A stretch of 63,736 bases of DNA, filler included, from Nemertoderma westbladi (Eukaryota > Animalia > Xenacoelomorpha): the NCBI GenBank assembly GCA_032718475.1. It is 4 parts of 4 records of this genome, joined end to end, with 100 filler letters (N's around TTAATTAATTAA, not from the genome) between each part and the next. Parts side by side here need not be neighbours in the genome. Positions count along the whole stretch, not along the records: positions 29,141 to 43,885 come from JAUCBJ010003067.1; positions 43,986 to 54,166 come from JAUCBJ010002709.1; 2 more parts are not named here. One strand, given 5' to 3'. The stretch's first letter is position 1; the number at the start of each line of letters is the position of its first letter. Positions 39,333 through 51,570 of the stretch are shown one piece after another. The notes under the pieces were generated by a model, which saw only the letters and a list, made by a program, of their open reading frames with translations, did not search any database and was not told the DNA's origin. The position numbers and the translations under genes were made by a program.

Positions 39333-39785
39333 TAAAATTGTGAGGTGTGAAGGACTTGATGAACTATAAAATTGTGAGGTGTGAAGGACTTGATGAACTA
39401 TAAAATTGTGAGGTGTGAAGGACTTGATGAACTATAAAATTGTGAGGTGTGAAGGACTTGATGAATTATAAAATTGTGAGGTGTGAAGGACTTGATGAAC
39501 TATAAAATTGTGAGGTGTGAAGGACTTGATGAACTATAAAATTGTGAGGTGTGAAGGACTTGATGAACTGTAAAATTGTGAGGTGTGAAGGACTTGATGA
39601 ACTATAAAATTGTGAGGTGTGAAGGACTTGATGAACTATAAAATTGTGAGGTGTGAAGGACTTGATGAACTGTAAAATTGTGAGGTGTGAAGGACTTGAT
39701 GAACTATAAAATTGTGAGGTGTGAAGGACTTGATGAATTATAAAATTGTGAGGTGTGAAGGACTTGATGAACTATAAAATTGTGC
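39333..39785. repeat. 34-bp tandem array, about 13 copies
   Basis: Unit TAAAATTGTGAGGTGTGAAGGACTTGATGAACTA, with no spacers. Confidence 0.97.
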
Positions 39786-40080
39786 GCGCTTGAGAATTGC
39801 GTGCAAAATAACTTAAGTGCGTGTAACGCATTCAAATAAAATGTGTGGCGTATTTTCATCCTATGGATTGTAACTGGATGGTGGAGCCTCCGGGGTATTA
39901 ACGTTACTTAACGCGGAGTTAAAGTATCAATACCTACCATTCTGGAATCACATAGGTGTGGCACTATAATATTGCTCTAAACTCTAAATTTTACGCACAC
40001 CTCACGTTTACCCATTAGTGATGTTTGTCGCATTCACAATCACAAACATTCTGTCCTGTCCTGTACTGTCTGTCTGACTC

Positions 40081-41220
40081 ATGATGTCTGACAGCCAGAC
40101 TGATACTGCTGATGACAGCACTACCGGTAATACTAATAGGCCTTCTTCGACCACTGCCAATAATAATGGTACAATCATTGTGGATCGGGTTCTAAGTGTT
40201 CTGGTTCAAGGTATGGCTACCAGCACTCAGCCGGTAACGTTGGATGCTTGTATGAAACGGTTTACAGTGTCCGCCTTGGACGCACTGTCTCTGCCTTCTT
40301 TGGTCGAGGGCGGGGATGACGTTATGGAAGCGGAGAGTGCTTCGCAGTTCTCATTGTTAAGCGATAAACTATCCAGTATGCAGTTACAATTTATAGAACA
40401 CACAAAGTCTCTGGAACATAAGTTGATGGCGGAGATTAAAAAAGTCTCCGCACCGGTACGGGTACCGGTTTCGAAACCTTCTGACCCTGCACCTGTACCG
40501 GTAACCATTGGCCTACCACCAGCCTGGGCCAGTAGGCCTACAGCTGTTCCCCCTAGTAATATAGACCGCGAATCCAATCGGACGTCTGACTACCCTGCTA
40601 CCAGTCTTCCAAATCGGGCTGCAGAGTTTCATCCACCGAATGTCGCCACACCCTGGGCGAGACCGGATCCCCCGCGGCCTACACGTTCGCTAAGGTCCAT
40701 GCCAGTGTATGGCTCGCCCGGTAATATTAATCGATCGCGTGCCAACCCTTACGAACATTTGAGTAATTTTGCGGATACTCCTACTCCTAGTCGAGGTAAC
40801 ACTCCCAATCGCAATGGAAGTGTCAAGAGACGAAGAACCAATGTAGAGGAAGGAAATCTGGATGAGGATAACTACGAAGTAGTCAGCTACCGGAAACCCC
40901 CGCGTCGCTCAGCTCCTTCGTTTGTTGTAGGAACTGGCAAAGGGAGTATCCAAGGTGGCGGCTTGAAAGCGGCTCCTACTGACATCTTCGTCTTCAGATT
41001 GGATAGTAATACGAAGGCAATCGAGCTGGTTGAGAACTTGAAATTGTGCGGGATCACTGTTAGAGAAGCTGCCATACAGCGGAAGTCGCCTGCTGTCTCC
41101 AGATTAGCAAGCTTTCGAATAACGCTCACGTCTCGCGACATGGAAAAAGCTCTCGAGCCATCTACGTGGCCACCCGGAGTGTGTGTGAGGAGGTGGATTT
41201 ACGGTGGAGCTAAGAAATAG
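40081..41220 (+). CDS. LINE ORF1 protein
   Basis: 379-aa ORF directly upstream of APE-RT. The C-terminal RRM-like segment DIFVFRLD...SFRI...WPPGVCVRRW is typical of non-LTR ORF1p. Confidence 0.82.
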   Translation: MMSDSQTDTADDSTTGNTNRPSSTTANNNGTIIVDRVLSVLVQGMATSTQPVTLDACMKRFTVSALDALSLPSLVEGGDDVMEAESASQFSLLSDKLSSMQLQFIEHTKSLEHKLMAEIKKVSAPVRVPVSKPSDPAPVPVTIGLPPAWASRPTAVPPSNIDRESNRTSDYPATSLPNRAAEFHPPNVATPWARPDPPRPTRSLRSMPVYGSPGNINRSRANPYEHLSNFADTPTPSRGNTPNRNGSVKRRRTNVEEGNLDEDNYEVVSYRKPPRRSAPSFVVGTGKGSIQGGGLKAAPTDIFVFRLDSNTKAIELVENLKLCGITVREAAIQRKSPAVSRLASFRITLTSRDMEKALEPSTWPPGVCVRRWIYGGAKK

Positions 41221-41268
41221 GTAGATTTTAGTTTATTCTGCCAGTGGCTTCATAAACAATAACCAACC

Positions 41269-43885
41269 ATGGCGAATGATACCAGTCCTAATAACGGCGT
41301 TGGACCGTTAAATTCTGATTTATTAACTATCTCATCCTATAATAGTACAGGTATATCTCCAGATAGACTTGATTTCATCAATGCGTTAATGTTGGGATCC
41401 GATATTGTCTGCTTGCAAGAGCATTTTGTTTTGCGTGATAATATTTATAGATTTATATATTTTATATCCTATAGATTTTACCTATACATGTTACAGAGAT
41501 CAGTCTATATTTCACTCCACTTTGGATCACTTTTTTGGTAATAAATTGTTATTTGATAACACTGTGGAATCTGGTGTAATACATTCCGGTGCCAACTTGT
41601 CAGGTCACTGTCCTATATACTTAAAGTTAAATATTTGTGTCACTAATCTGAAAGCTGGTATTACGACTGATGTCAATAGTAGCTGTAATAATAGTAATGT
41701 CAATTTTAAACGTGCTACTTGTGAGCAGCAGCGTGAGTTTGGTATAAAACTAACTGGTGCTTTAAATGATATAGAACCTTTACCTGGTGTAGTATTGTGT
41801 GATAATATTTTTTGCACCGATCCTAGCCATAGACTGGATATCGAAAAATACACATTGGAAATTCTTGAAGCGATTGATGGGTGCTCCAGTTGTTGCCTTG
41901 GCAATGGTAAACAAACAGGGGAGTCCAATGTACCAGCTGACAGGCCAATTTTGCCAGGTTGGTCAAATCATGTAAAACCTTTTAAGGAAGAAGCCATATT
42001 TTGGCACAGTTTATGGGTATCAGCAGGCAGCCCCAACGCTTCCGAGAATGAACATCTCTTTCATATGCGCCGGGTTACTAGAGCACAGTACAAGTACGCT
42101 GTACGTAGATTGAAGAAGTCTGCAGATAAAGTTCGCCGCGATAAACTTATACAGGCTTGTTTGCAAACTAACTCAGATATATTTAGAGAAATTAAGAAAC
42201 TTCGTTCAGTTCCCTGTACTGTTAGTGCTACAGTTGATGATTGTTCCGATCCACAGTCTATAGCCAATAAGTTTGCCAGTATTTACTCCGATTTATTCAA
42301 TCAACCGTATGACTCTAATATTGAACAATTAAAACAGACAATTGAATATAAGTTAAGAGGTTCTACAGACGATTTTCACAAAATCTCACCCGAGTTGGTT
42401 GACGAGGCCTTACATAGATTAAAAAGTTCAAAATCGGACGTTACTTTTGGGTTCGACTCGGATTGTTTGATTAATGGACCTCCTGAATTACGGTTACATA
42501 TTAGTAAATTGTTCAACTCTTTCTTATTTCACGGTTTTGTTCCGCAGTTCATCCTGACATGTGTTATTATTCCATTAATTAAAGACAAACTGGGTAATCA
42601 GAATACATCTAATAATTACAGGGCGATTGCTCTATCCTCGTTATTGATTAAACTGTTCGAGTGGGTAATGCTTCTATCCCAGTCACAAAGGTTGCTATTG
42701 GACGAATTGCAGTTTGGGTTCCAGTCTGGCTCCAGTACTACCCAATGTACTTGGGCGGCCTCTGAGGTCGTTGGATATTACTCCCGGCATTCTACTCCGG
42801 TCTATGGTTGTCTACTAGATTTGTCAAAGGCGTTCGACATGGTTGAATGGGGCAAATTATTCCTAGAACTAATTAAGAAAGGTTTCTCGGCTTTATTTCT
42901 TCGTGTTTTATTATGGATTTACAGTAACCAATCCTGTTGTGTGCGGTGGAATAATTCGCATTCTGACTCGTTCACTCTATCAAACGGGGTTAGACAAGGT
43001 TCCGTGGCCAGCCCAATTTTGTTCTGTGTACTACTAGACAAGTTGATAAAAAAGTTACGATCTTCGAAAGTAGGGTGCCATATAGGAAAGGTTTACTTAG
43101 GGATCTTAGCTTACGCCGATGACATTCTTCTGCTCTGCCCCTCCATACTTGGTCTTCAATACATGGTATCTCTTTGTGAAGATTTTGCAAAGGAACACAA
43201 CCTCGTATTTAGCACGAACGCCGATCCTGATAAATCGAAATCTAAATGTATACGTTTCGACTCCATATGGTCTGAGCCTCATATTCACATCGGTTTAAAT
43301 GGGGTTAATCTTCCGTGGGTGAAGCAGGCGCTGCATCTTGGGAATGTAATGGATTATAAGAATTCAATGGAACCCGATACTTTACGTAAACGCGGTCAAT
43401 TCATAGGAAAGATAAATGCATTACGACAAGAATTTTATTTCGCGGATCCGTATCAATTGTGTAACATACAACGAATTTATGCCACATGTTTTTATGGTAG
43501 TAGTCTTTGGGACCTTTTTTCTCCACAATGTACACGTGTTTATAGTGCTTGGAATATCAATGTTAGGATTATTTTTGGCTTACCCCGTACAACACATAGA
43601 TATATCGTAGAAAATATTGTGCAGTTCAATCACCCATGTATAATGATTCAATCTAGGTTTGTTTCGTTTGCTCAAAGTTTATTGACCTCTTTAAAACCAT
43701 CTATTCGTTTCTTGGCAGAATTATTTTTATTTGATTGTAGATCTCGTGGCGGGTGTAATTTTAGGAAAATTGGCAATTTATGTAATGAACACAATTTAAG
43801 ATTATTAAAACATAATCGCGTTAAGATATTGAAGTATGTACCATGCAGTGACGGTGCTAACAATTATAAAGTGCGCATTTGTAGG
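41269..43885 (+). mobile_element. LINE ORF2 (APE endonuclease with internal deletion and frameshift, plus RT); possibly Proto2/RTE-X-like; cut by the gap
   Basis: ISSYNSTG..DIVCLQEH (APE N-terminus) and LDHF..SGHCPI (APE C-terminus). RT motifs NYRAIAL, QFGF, LDLSKAFD, GVRQGSVASPILF, YADD and HLG. Confidence 0.93.
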
Positions 43886-43985
43886 NNNNNNNNNNNNNNN
43901 NNNNNNNNNNNNNNNNNNNNNNNNNNNNNTTAATTAATTAANNNNNNNNNNNNNNNNNNNNNNNNNNNNNNNNNNNNNNNNNNNN
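43886..43985. other. Assembly gap
   Basis: 100-bp N run with a TTAATTAATTAA linker. Confidence 0.99.
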
Positions 43986-44294
43986 ACCATCGAGAAATAT
44001 TAATTACAGCCGCATATTCTGCGGCCTTTATATTTACGCTTAGCGCAATAATTATTTATCGATTCAGCAATGATTGCGTTGACTCTCTCTCTACTAGGAG
44101 AGTAAGTCCTCCGGTCGCTTACGCAGGCTCACCGCCCAGTTTCTATTAGTGTGTTTAACAATTTGATCACATCCAGTAAACTTTGATTGGTTTGGTGTTT
44201 AGGATAGAAAGTTACTGTAATATTTGAATTATTTTAAATGAATTTTGTGAAATTCAAATTGATAAACACATTTCGATAATCACCTACTCCAACT

Positions 44295-44620
44295 GGTTGA
44301 GTGCAATCTTCGCCCGCGTACAACCTTCGCCCGCGTACAACCTTCGCCCAATAAGATTTGTGTTAGTAATCATTTTAGTAACAAATTAACGGCTTTTTCT
44401 AACCAAAACAATAAACGATGGTGTTACTAATTAAGGGGAAAGGACCAGGTTAAAGAGACGGCTTTTTATAACCAAAACAATAATTGTTTATTGGGCGAAG
44501 GTTGCTCGCGGGCGAAGATTGCCTGCGGGCAAATGTTTCCGCCGGGCGATAGTTGCTCATTTTGAGGGCGAAGATTGGACGCGGGCGAAGCTTTATCGCG
44601 GGCGAAGTTTGCTGAGTACC
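44295..44620. mobile_element. Small MULE-type MITE
   Basis: CTTCGCCC repeats on the left and GGGCGAAG repeats on the right, with GGT..ACC termini. 9-bp TSD ACTCCAACT/ACTCCATCT (one mismatch). Confidence 0.8.
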
Positions 44621-45849
44621 ACTCCATCTGACTTAATGTGTTGTATGGCACTCCCACCTAAATGACTTGCCATATTATTATATCGATGGGTTTATGATTG
44701 AATGCATCTTTGGGAGGTTGTCGGTTCAACTCTTACTCTAAGGTATACTTATAAATTAAACTTCACGAAATAGCTATTTCTTTATGATGTTCCCTCTCCG
44801 CTCTCTTTATATTAAAATATTTGCATATGTTTGCAAAAAAGTGGCATTTCAAATCAAAATCTTGAATATTTTTTTTTTCATAATGGAACTAATAATATAT
44901 GATTTTATTTCTGTTTTCCCTCTAAAATGATTGGCAGAATGTTCTCAATTCTATGGCTTGTGTGCAAATATTCCATATGACCTTGCTCGCTTGCTAGAAC
45001 CACTAATGAGAAAAATTTTTACAGAATGTAACGGAAATGGCCTACTGTGTAGCAACTATAGCAACAGAGGAACACTAGAACGACACAATTAGCCTGAAGT
45101 AGTTTGTTATTCGAGTAAGGCGTTTCCTACTCAAAGAAATTACATGAATAATTGCCGTGTTTGGTTATTTTTCATGCTGTTTGTTGTTGATGCGGATTAC
45201 TCTGTTGTTATATTTCTTGAAATAGAAAAAAAAATAAATGGGAGGGCAGGAAAAACAGGATTGATTAAGTGTTGCCATATCATCCGCCCACAACCTGCCT
45301 ACTTAAAGTTGCATCGACACACGTGCATGCACACTTAAACAGACATCTAATCATCTCTTATTCATGCATTGAGTTTACAGTACTCGTCCTGGCTCTCATT
45401 AATGGATTTCTTCTTTGCCGCATTAAGCATGCACTTGTACCCGCTCAACTCACGTACAGTACATGCTGTATGTTATTAAAAGGTTAAAAGGGGTTATCCC
45501 GTGACCTTGAAACATCGTGGATCTCCTTAGGATATCTTCCCGCATACATATGTTCGTTTTTATCTCTGGCATCCTATGTCTCAGTAATAACCACCATGCT
45601 AACGTTAATGCAGTGTGTTTCAACTTGTAACCAGAAAGTGTAGAGTAAATTAATTACATATTTGAATGAAAATACGGAATTTTAAATATGATAAGAATTC
45701 TTAATTCGACACAGAAATGTTTAAAAATAATGAAAGATTCAAATAATATTGTTATTCCATAAGAAAGAATTATCGGAAGTCGGCTATTTTCGTCACTAAT
45801 TTTAATTGAAGTTCAACTACGATAATTTGTGACCTGGACACTTTAACAC

Positions 45850-46185
45850 CGAATTGATGGTTGCTACACAAGACTACTAAAGGCAGCCCTAAACATCAAC
45901 TGGAGACAGCACATGACAAACGCATAACTTTATGGTACTATACCAATACCACCTAACGCAGATAAAGATTCAGTGGGCACTGCTGGCGAAGTAAAGACGA
46001 GGTCATACCAGATCTACTTTTCTGGCAACCAACTCATGGAAAACGTACATGGATTACATATAAAGAACAAATTGAAAGGGATACTGGACGTGGGAGAAAC
46101 GAAACTGCGACAACTATGGAGAATCGGGAAGCCTGGAAGGATCTCATTTCCACTGTCCGAGCTCGCTCGACCTAGTAGTAGTAAT
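45850..46185 (+). mobile_element. RTE-like LINE 3' fragment with a (TAG)n tail
   Basis: RLLKAALNINWRQHMTN..RFSGHCWRSKDEVIPDLL.WQPTHG..VRARST* followed by TAGTAGTAG. Confidence 0.82.
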
Positions 46186-47297
46186 ACAGTAGTGCAATAT
46201 CTGGTTTTATTATGCTCTGTTTATAATGGCTGGTTTGTTACAAGTAATTCAAGTTTCTACTTTATTGCCTGGAACAAACTATTTAGTTGATCATGGTTCT
46301 ACTCTAATAAATTTTGTGACATAAGCCTTAACTACAACTATAAAATTGGTCCTCACTACTACTTTACTTTTTCTATTAACCACTAGCACTAGGCCTAATA
46401 CAGTAACGGCCCAATATACTACCCTCGACCAAATATATGTGGGCCCGTCGGTAAATAACCGCCAATTTCCCGGGCCAATCTCTCCAGTTGTTCTCCCCAC
46501 GAGGCAGTATCTCTCCATTAACCCAATAATTTCCATCTATACTAACGTCCCATTAACGTACTCCTATTGTTACCGTGAATACGGCTTCCTATAGGCCTAC
46601 ATTAGCCTCTCCTGGGGGTCACGGTAATTACTCTCTATAGAGCCTATCTGCTCTCTAGGGAAGACTTAGGAGCTGCTTGCTCTCTCAGGTAAACAACATT
46701 GGCCGATTTCCAATAAACAGGAAAGAAAGCATTCATCGGGGATTTACACACCCAGTACCTAACGTAATTCAGTTCAAAGCGTTCCCGTAAGGCCCCGTAC
46801 AAACTCATTTATTACGTAATAACTTTCTACCCAGGGGCAATCCGTTTTATATGGCCTCTTCTGTACTGTATGTGCGTGCAGTTGGCGGGGGCCCACTATA
46901 TGGTGGCCTATTGGAGCCAGCGTGTGCCAGGGCTGTGAGTAGGGCCTTATATCTATGGTTTCGGGATGTTACTATTCATTTACTAGTAGTGTATTGGATG
47001 GTAAAGGATATGTTTTTCAGTAGGTAGTACTACATTATGCATTCTACAGTACCTTATCTACCAAGTCAAAAATAATTAGTTTTTAACAATGGAAAAAATT
47101 CGAACTATCCAAAGCAATCTTCCGCAATTATAATTATTCCCTCTCCAGGGTAAAATCTTCACAAATACTCCCAAAAATAAAACTGTAACCTGTTCTATTG
47201 ACTTTAGTTTATTGTTTTTGTTATTTGCCACTGTAACCTGCTCCTTTCCCTCTATTGATAATTTTACAATGATACGAAATGAGATGGGATTTGCGAC

Positions 47298-47440
47298 AAC
47301 CCCCCCCCCCCCCTGTCTCTGTTTACTACCAGTTATTGTACATGTACCCCCCCCCCCCCTGTCTCTGTTTACTACCAGTTATTGTACATGTACCCCCCCC
47401 CCCCCCCTGTCTCTGTTTACTACCAGTTATTGTACATGTA
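47298..47440. repeat. About 47-bp tandem triplication with poly(C)
   Basis: (C)nTGTCTCTGTTTACTACCAGTTATTGTACATGTA, three copies. Confidence 0.9.
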
Positions 47441-47659
47441 TGTTGGAAAATTATATAAATTTTATAAATTATTCCATTTATTTTATCCATCAAAGTTGGT
47501 AACTTATTATTATTTGGCAATAATATATAATTAAATGTATGTATTAATAACATTAGATTTATTGACACAGGTAAAAACAAACGCAATTAATTGTTAATTT
47601 TTTACCAGTTATACCTTATAGCACAGTTATTTAACAGTTATACAGTAACATACAGAATA

Positions 47660-49156
47660 ATGATGCTCTCCGAATTGTTGTTTATTTCCCTTCTTCCAGT
47701 ATTACCCTTGGTTTCTCACAGCAAACCAACGCAATCTCCTCCCGGCTGTCCGCTCACATTGCCGCCGACTTGCCGCTGCATAAAACGCGTAGTTATCTGC
47801 AGCAAACTCCCCACCGCCAAGCAAATGATACTCCTAAAGCACGCCATCGCACTGGATATTACCGAGGCGACCATTGAAACCATTGAGGACGACACATTTA
47901 ACTTCCTCACCGAGTTACAATCCCTCAATATATCCAACAACGGAATTATGAGTTTCTCTTCAGGGGCTTTTAACGGCCTCAGTAAGCTCACTTTGTTGGA
48001 TATCTCGTATAATAAACTCGCTACACTCCCCGACAACGGATTAATCAACCTTTACAAACTCGTTGAATTGCGTCTAAACGACAATTTCTTAAAGGACCTC
48101 GGACGTAGTGTTGTTTACGAGTTAGGCGGCACTGCTATACAACGCGTTAGTTTGGGGGGCAATGACCTCGAGTGCACCTGTTTGTTGGGGAACTTCCGTA
48201 ACTGGTTGCTGTGGAGACGAGTCGAGTTAATTGACGCTCACAGAGTGCATTGCCGTCATCGTCGCAAGGGGGCGCCCGAGGTTGGTTTGTTGGAGTTGGG
48301 CGACAAAACAAAGATCGAGTGCGCGCCGCTGGAGGCGCCTCGGTTGGTTGTTGCTATGGCAACGTCCTGCTCAACCGCGCGATTAGTGTGGGAATATCCA
48401 GTTCCGGTAGCTCGTGACGTCACATTCCGGGTGTCCTATTCCACCACCGGACAGTCTGCGGTGCTGTCCAACCAAATAGATATCGGACGGTCGGACACCG
48501 AACTGTCGGACACCGGACGGTCGGACCCTGGACAGTCGGACACTGAACTGTCGGACACCGGACGGTCGGATACTGGACGGTCGGACACCGGACAGTCGGA
48601 CACCGGACGGCCAGACCCCGGGCGGCCAGACACTGGACGGCCGGACACCGGACGGTCGGACAGCAGACGGTCGGACACCGGACTGTCAGACACCGGACGG
48701 CCGGACACCGATCTCCGGACGGATTTAGTCGATCTAGTTCCCGGATTGTCCTACGTGGTTGCGGTGAACGCGCGACGGGGCCACGAATCCGGTCCCTATG
48801 GCAACGTGATGATGTTCACAACATCACCGACCTGTCGGGATGAGTCACCTTCAATGGTCTACCCTGTTACCATAGACACAATAGAATCTATCGACATTCA
48901 ACTACGGTCTAACTTGGTAACCTACATTCTAGTTTCCTCGGTATTCGCGGCCTTGTTTGTTTTTATTTGCCTTCTCATTAAATTCGACATGATTCGTCTA
49001 CCCAAGAACAGATTCCGCGGGTTCCGTAGGGTGCCCACGTCCCTGTCTCCGAGACGATTGGCCGCTGCTATATCCACTCGCGTCTCCCAGCGGTACAGTA
49101 TGGAATCGTTGGATAGCGTAAAGTTGTATAGCACAGCACCGGAAGAGGGCGACGAA
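47660..49156 (+). CDS. Receptor exon 1: signal peptide, LRRNT-LRR-LRRCT, FN3 with repeat insert, TM, juxtamembrane
   Basis: MMLSELLFISLLPVLPLVSHS; CP..CRC..VIC; LQSLNISNNGI, LTLLDISYNKL, LVELRLNDNFL; NDLECTC..W..C. FN3 AP..LVW..FRVSY..LVPGLSYVVAVNA; TM ILVSSVFAALFVFICLLI. Donor GAA|GTAAGT, phase 0. Confidence 0.92.
48480..48712 (+). repeat. Coding 15-bp minisatellite, (DTGRS/P)n, about 15 copies
   Basis: GACACCGGACGGTCG-type units, in frame inside the FN3 domain. Confidence 0.93.
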
Positions 49157-49535
49157 GTAAGTAGTTAATACCTAAGTAAAATGTTTTTATAAATTATTTT
49201 TATTAACTTATAATCAATCAGTAAACTTATTTATTAAGAGCAATAAATACAGGTAAACTGTTACCTGTAAAGCTATACTGTAAGGAGGCGATATATTTTT
49301 GTGTTTAACTCTACGGTTACCGTTTATCTGATTATAGACTCCCCGCAAGTTTTAATCAATTATAGTTTAATCAAACAATATTATTTATTTATAAATTTTT
49401 AACATCGTATTTACTTATTACAAAATACTATAAATGAGTATTTACTTTCAGTTTTAGCCTACAGTACCGGTTTCAGTCCTTTTTTGATTATCAGTTTCAG
49501 ACTTCAATATAACAATAACAATCTCTTATTCTCAG

Positions 49536-50480
49536 GTTCTAGTTCTCAACGAAATTCCAGCCAAAACAGTGACTCACATGCAGATCATACAGGAGGGAAG
49601 TTTCGGATCGCTGATTCGCGCGAATTTATCGACCGGGACCGACGGAACCACTTCGGGATTGGCGTTGCGATTAAACCTCGATTCGTCGCCTAGACAACGC
49701 GCCCGTTTCGAGACTCGGGTTCGATGCGCGTGTAGACTGAGCCACGCCCACGTTCTGCGTCTCCTGGGGGTTGTCACGGCAACGCCGCCTCTCTCCGCAG
49801 TTTACGAATTCCCGGAGTTCGGCGATTTGAAAGAGTTTCTCCGTCGTCGAAGCGGTTCGGTTTCCCCCGAGGCTCTCGTCGATCTCGCGTCCCAAGCCCT
49901 GGACGGACTCGCCTACCTTCAACAGCGCGGCTACATCCACACGGATGTGAGCTCGCGCTCGTGTTACGTCACTTCCGGCGCATCACAAAGCGGACACGCC
50001 GGGGCTACGCTGAAAGTGGGCGACCTTCCGGGTTTACAGGAGTTGTACCCGGAGGATTACTCGCGAATCGGTCGCCATCTGGTCCCACTTAGATGGCTCG
50101 CCCCCGAGATGGTCTCCGCCTACTCCAACAACAATAACAACAATTGTCTGGATCTGTACGACCCCGCGGCGGTCTGCTGGTCCGTAGGAGTGCTCCTCTG
50201 GGAGATCTTCTCCCTGGGAGCGACTCCCTACGGAGTGTTCGTGGACGCCGAGGTTCGGGAATTGGTCGCTGCGGGTCGCGGACAGCTCGCTGTGCCCCGA
50301 CTCTGTCCCTCGTCGTTGCGGCAATTGTTGACTCGTTGTTGGAGCGTTGCTCCTTCCGCTCGTCCTTCCGTCGACCAATTAGCGGAAGTGACGCGATCTC
50401 TCGAGACCTCATCAACCGGTATTTACAACACGATTCGCCACGCCATCTATTCCAACTATAAGCGACAGGAATGGGTGTAG
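49536..50480 (+). CDS. Receptor exon 2: tyrosine-kinase-fold domain, predicted pseudokinase (Ror/Trk-like)
   Basis: Acceptor CTCTTATTCTCAG| in frame with exon 1. Motifs EGSFG, HVLRLLGV, YEFPEFGDLKEFL, HTDVSSRSC, KVGDL, PLRWLAPE, WSVGVLLWEIFSLGATPY and CW..PSARP. Confidence 0.92.
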   Translation, partial: VLVLNEIPAKTVTHMQIIQEGSFGSLIRANLSTGTDGTTSGLALRLNLDSSPRQRARFETRVRCACRLSHAHVLRLLGVVTATPPLSAVYEFPEFGDLKEFLRRRSGSVSPEALVDLASQALDGLAYLQQRGYIHTDVSSRSCYVTSGASQSGHAGATLKVGDLPGLQELYPEDYSRIGRHLVPLRWLAPEMVSAYSNNNNNNCLDLYDPAAVCWSVGVLLWEIFSLGATPYGVFVDAEVRELVAAGRGQLAVPRLCPSSLRQLLTRCWSVAPSARPSVDQLAEVTRSLETSSTGIYNTIRHAIYSNYKRQEWV

Positions 50481-50907
50481 ATTTATTGTCTAACTATCAA
50501 TATATTTACATAAACAATTATTAGTTTGTTACAAATATTTACTCTCAATTAGTTTTATTTATTTTATTTCTGGGAATTTCGCCGGGAATTTAAAAAGAAT
50601 AATAATAAAATATAAATATTCGTCTTAAATAACTTTATTTTCACGTTTTTTTATTTATTTGAGTTAAATTTATTAGCTTCTGCAGTAATTGTTGTTAATT
50701 AATTTAATGGCAATAATTTAATTATGTGGTCATTATTTAAATGTTTATTACTGTAGTTACATAGAGTCTCGTTTATTTTTATATGAGTCGAGTAGTTATT
50801 ATTGTTTGTGTTAAGTTTCTTATCGTAAATTAGTATATTTTTGATTAAGTTGTTTAAAATAAAACCTCAACAATATTTTATTATCGGAATTTATTATGAA
50901 ATTATTT

Positions 50908-51570
50908 ATTACATGGGAAAAAAGTAGAACTTTTTTTCATTATTCTCGAGGCACTTTATTTACCGAGCGCCAACGAGGTAATAAAGGGACGAGAGAATAT
51001 TGAGAAAAAAAAATTGTTCTACGTTTTTTTCCCATGTAATACGTATATAATTTTATTCTTAAATTGGCACTTCATTCTTTAATTAAAGATACAGCGATAT
51101 GGTGTTACAAAATAAATTGAACTGTAGTATTTTACTATATTGCTTCCATAGTTACTGCAATTCAAATTATCTTACTCTTCAACTCCTGATGCTGCCTTTA
51201 CTCAATGTTAAATAATTTAGTGTTCTCGAATATTTATTACGTAACTAGAGAGCCGCTTAACTACATAAACCAATATTGGATATTGAGTTCCGTTTTGGAG
51301 TTCGCCGCACAGACACTAAAGTTGCAATAACTTTATATGAGTGTGTCAATGGATTTTGCTCAAATTACTTCCAAACCTTTTCTATGTCGATGTTCTTTCA
51401 ATATATGTAAGAAATTCCACCAAAAATATTTTACTTTACTTTTTTCGCCGGGAATAAATGTAAAATCAATGCAATCCTATGGGTTACTTTATAACCCTAG
51501 GGAAAAAGTGAAACTTTTTCTCCCGATTTTGGGGTATATTCGAGCGAAAAAGTAACAATATAAGAATAAA
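50908..51570. mobile_element. Non-autonomous element with a long terminal hairpin (Crypton-like by resemblance)
   Basis: 50908-51040 is an imperfect palindrome, ATTACATGGGAAAAAAGTAGAAC...GTTCTACGTTTTTTTCCCATGTAAT, with a GAGCG..CGAG loop. TTTATTCTTA near 51053 has an inverted partner TAAGAATAAA at 51561. Confidence 0.5.

Noticed and set aside
39333-39785. 34-bp repeats (and the 30-bp array) as a CRISPR array
   Set aside because: The units abut with no unique spacers, no cas genes are present, and the context is eukaryotic.
49574-50461. Antisense and alternative-frame ORFs over the kinase exon
   Set aside because: They are shadows of GC-rich coding sequence with no independent motifs.
49536-50480. 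Naming the receptor Trk, Ror or PTK7
   Set aside because: The ectodomain lacks Ig, Frizzled-CRD and kringle domains, and orthology cannot be set without a phylogeny.
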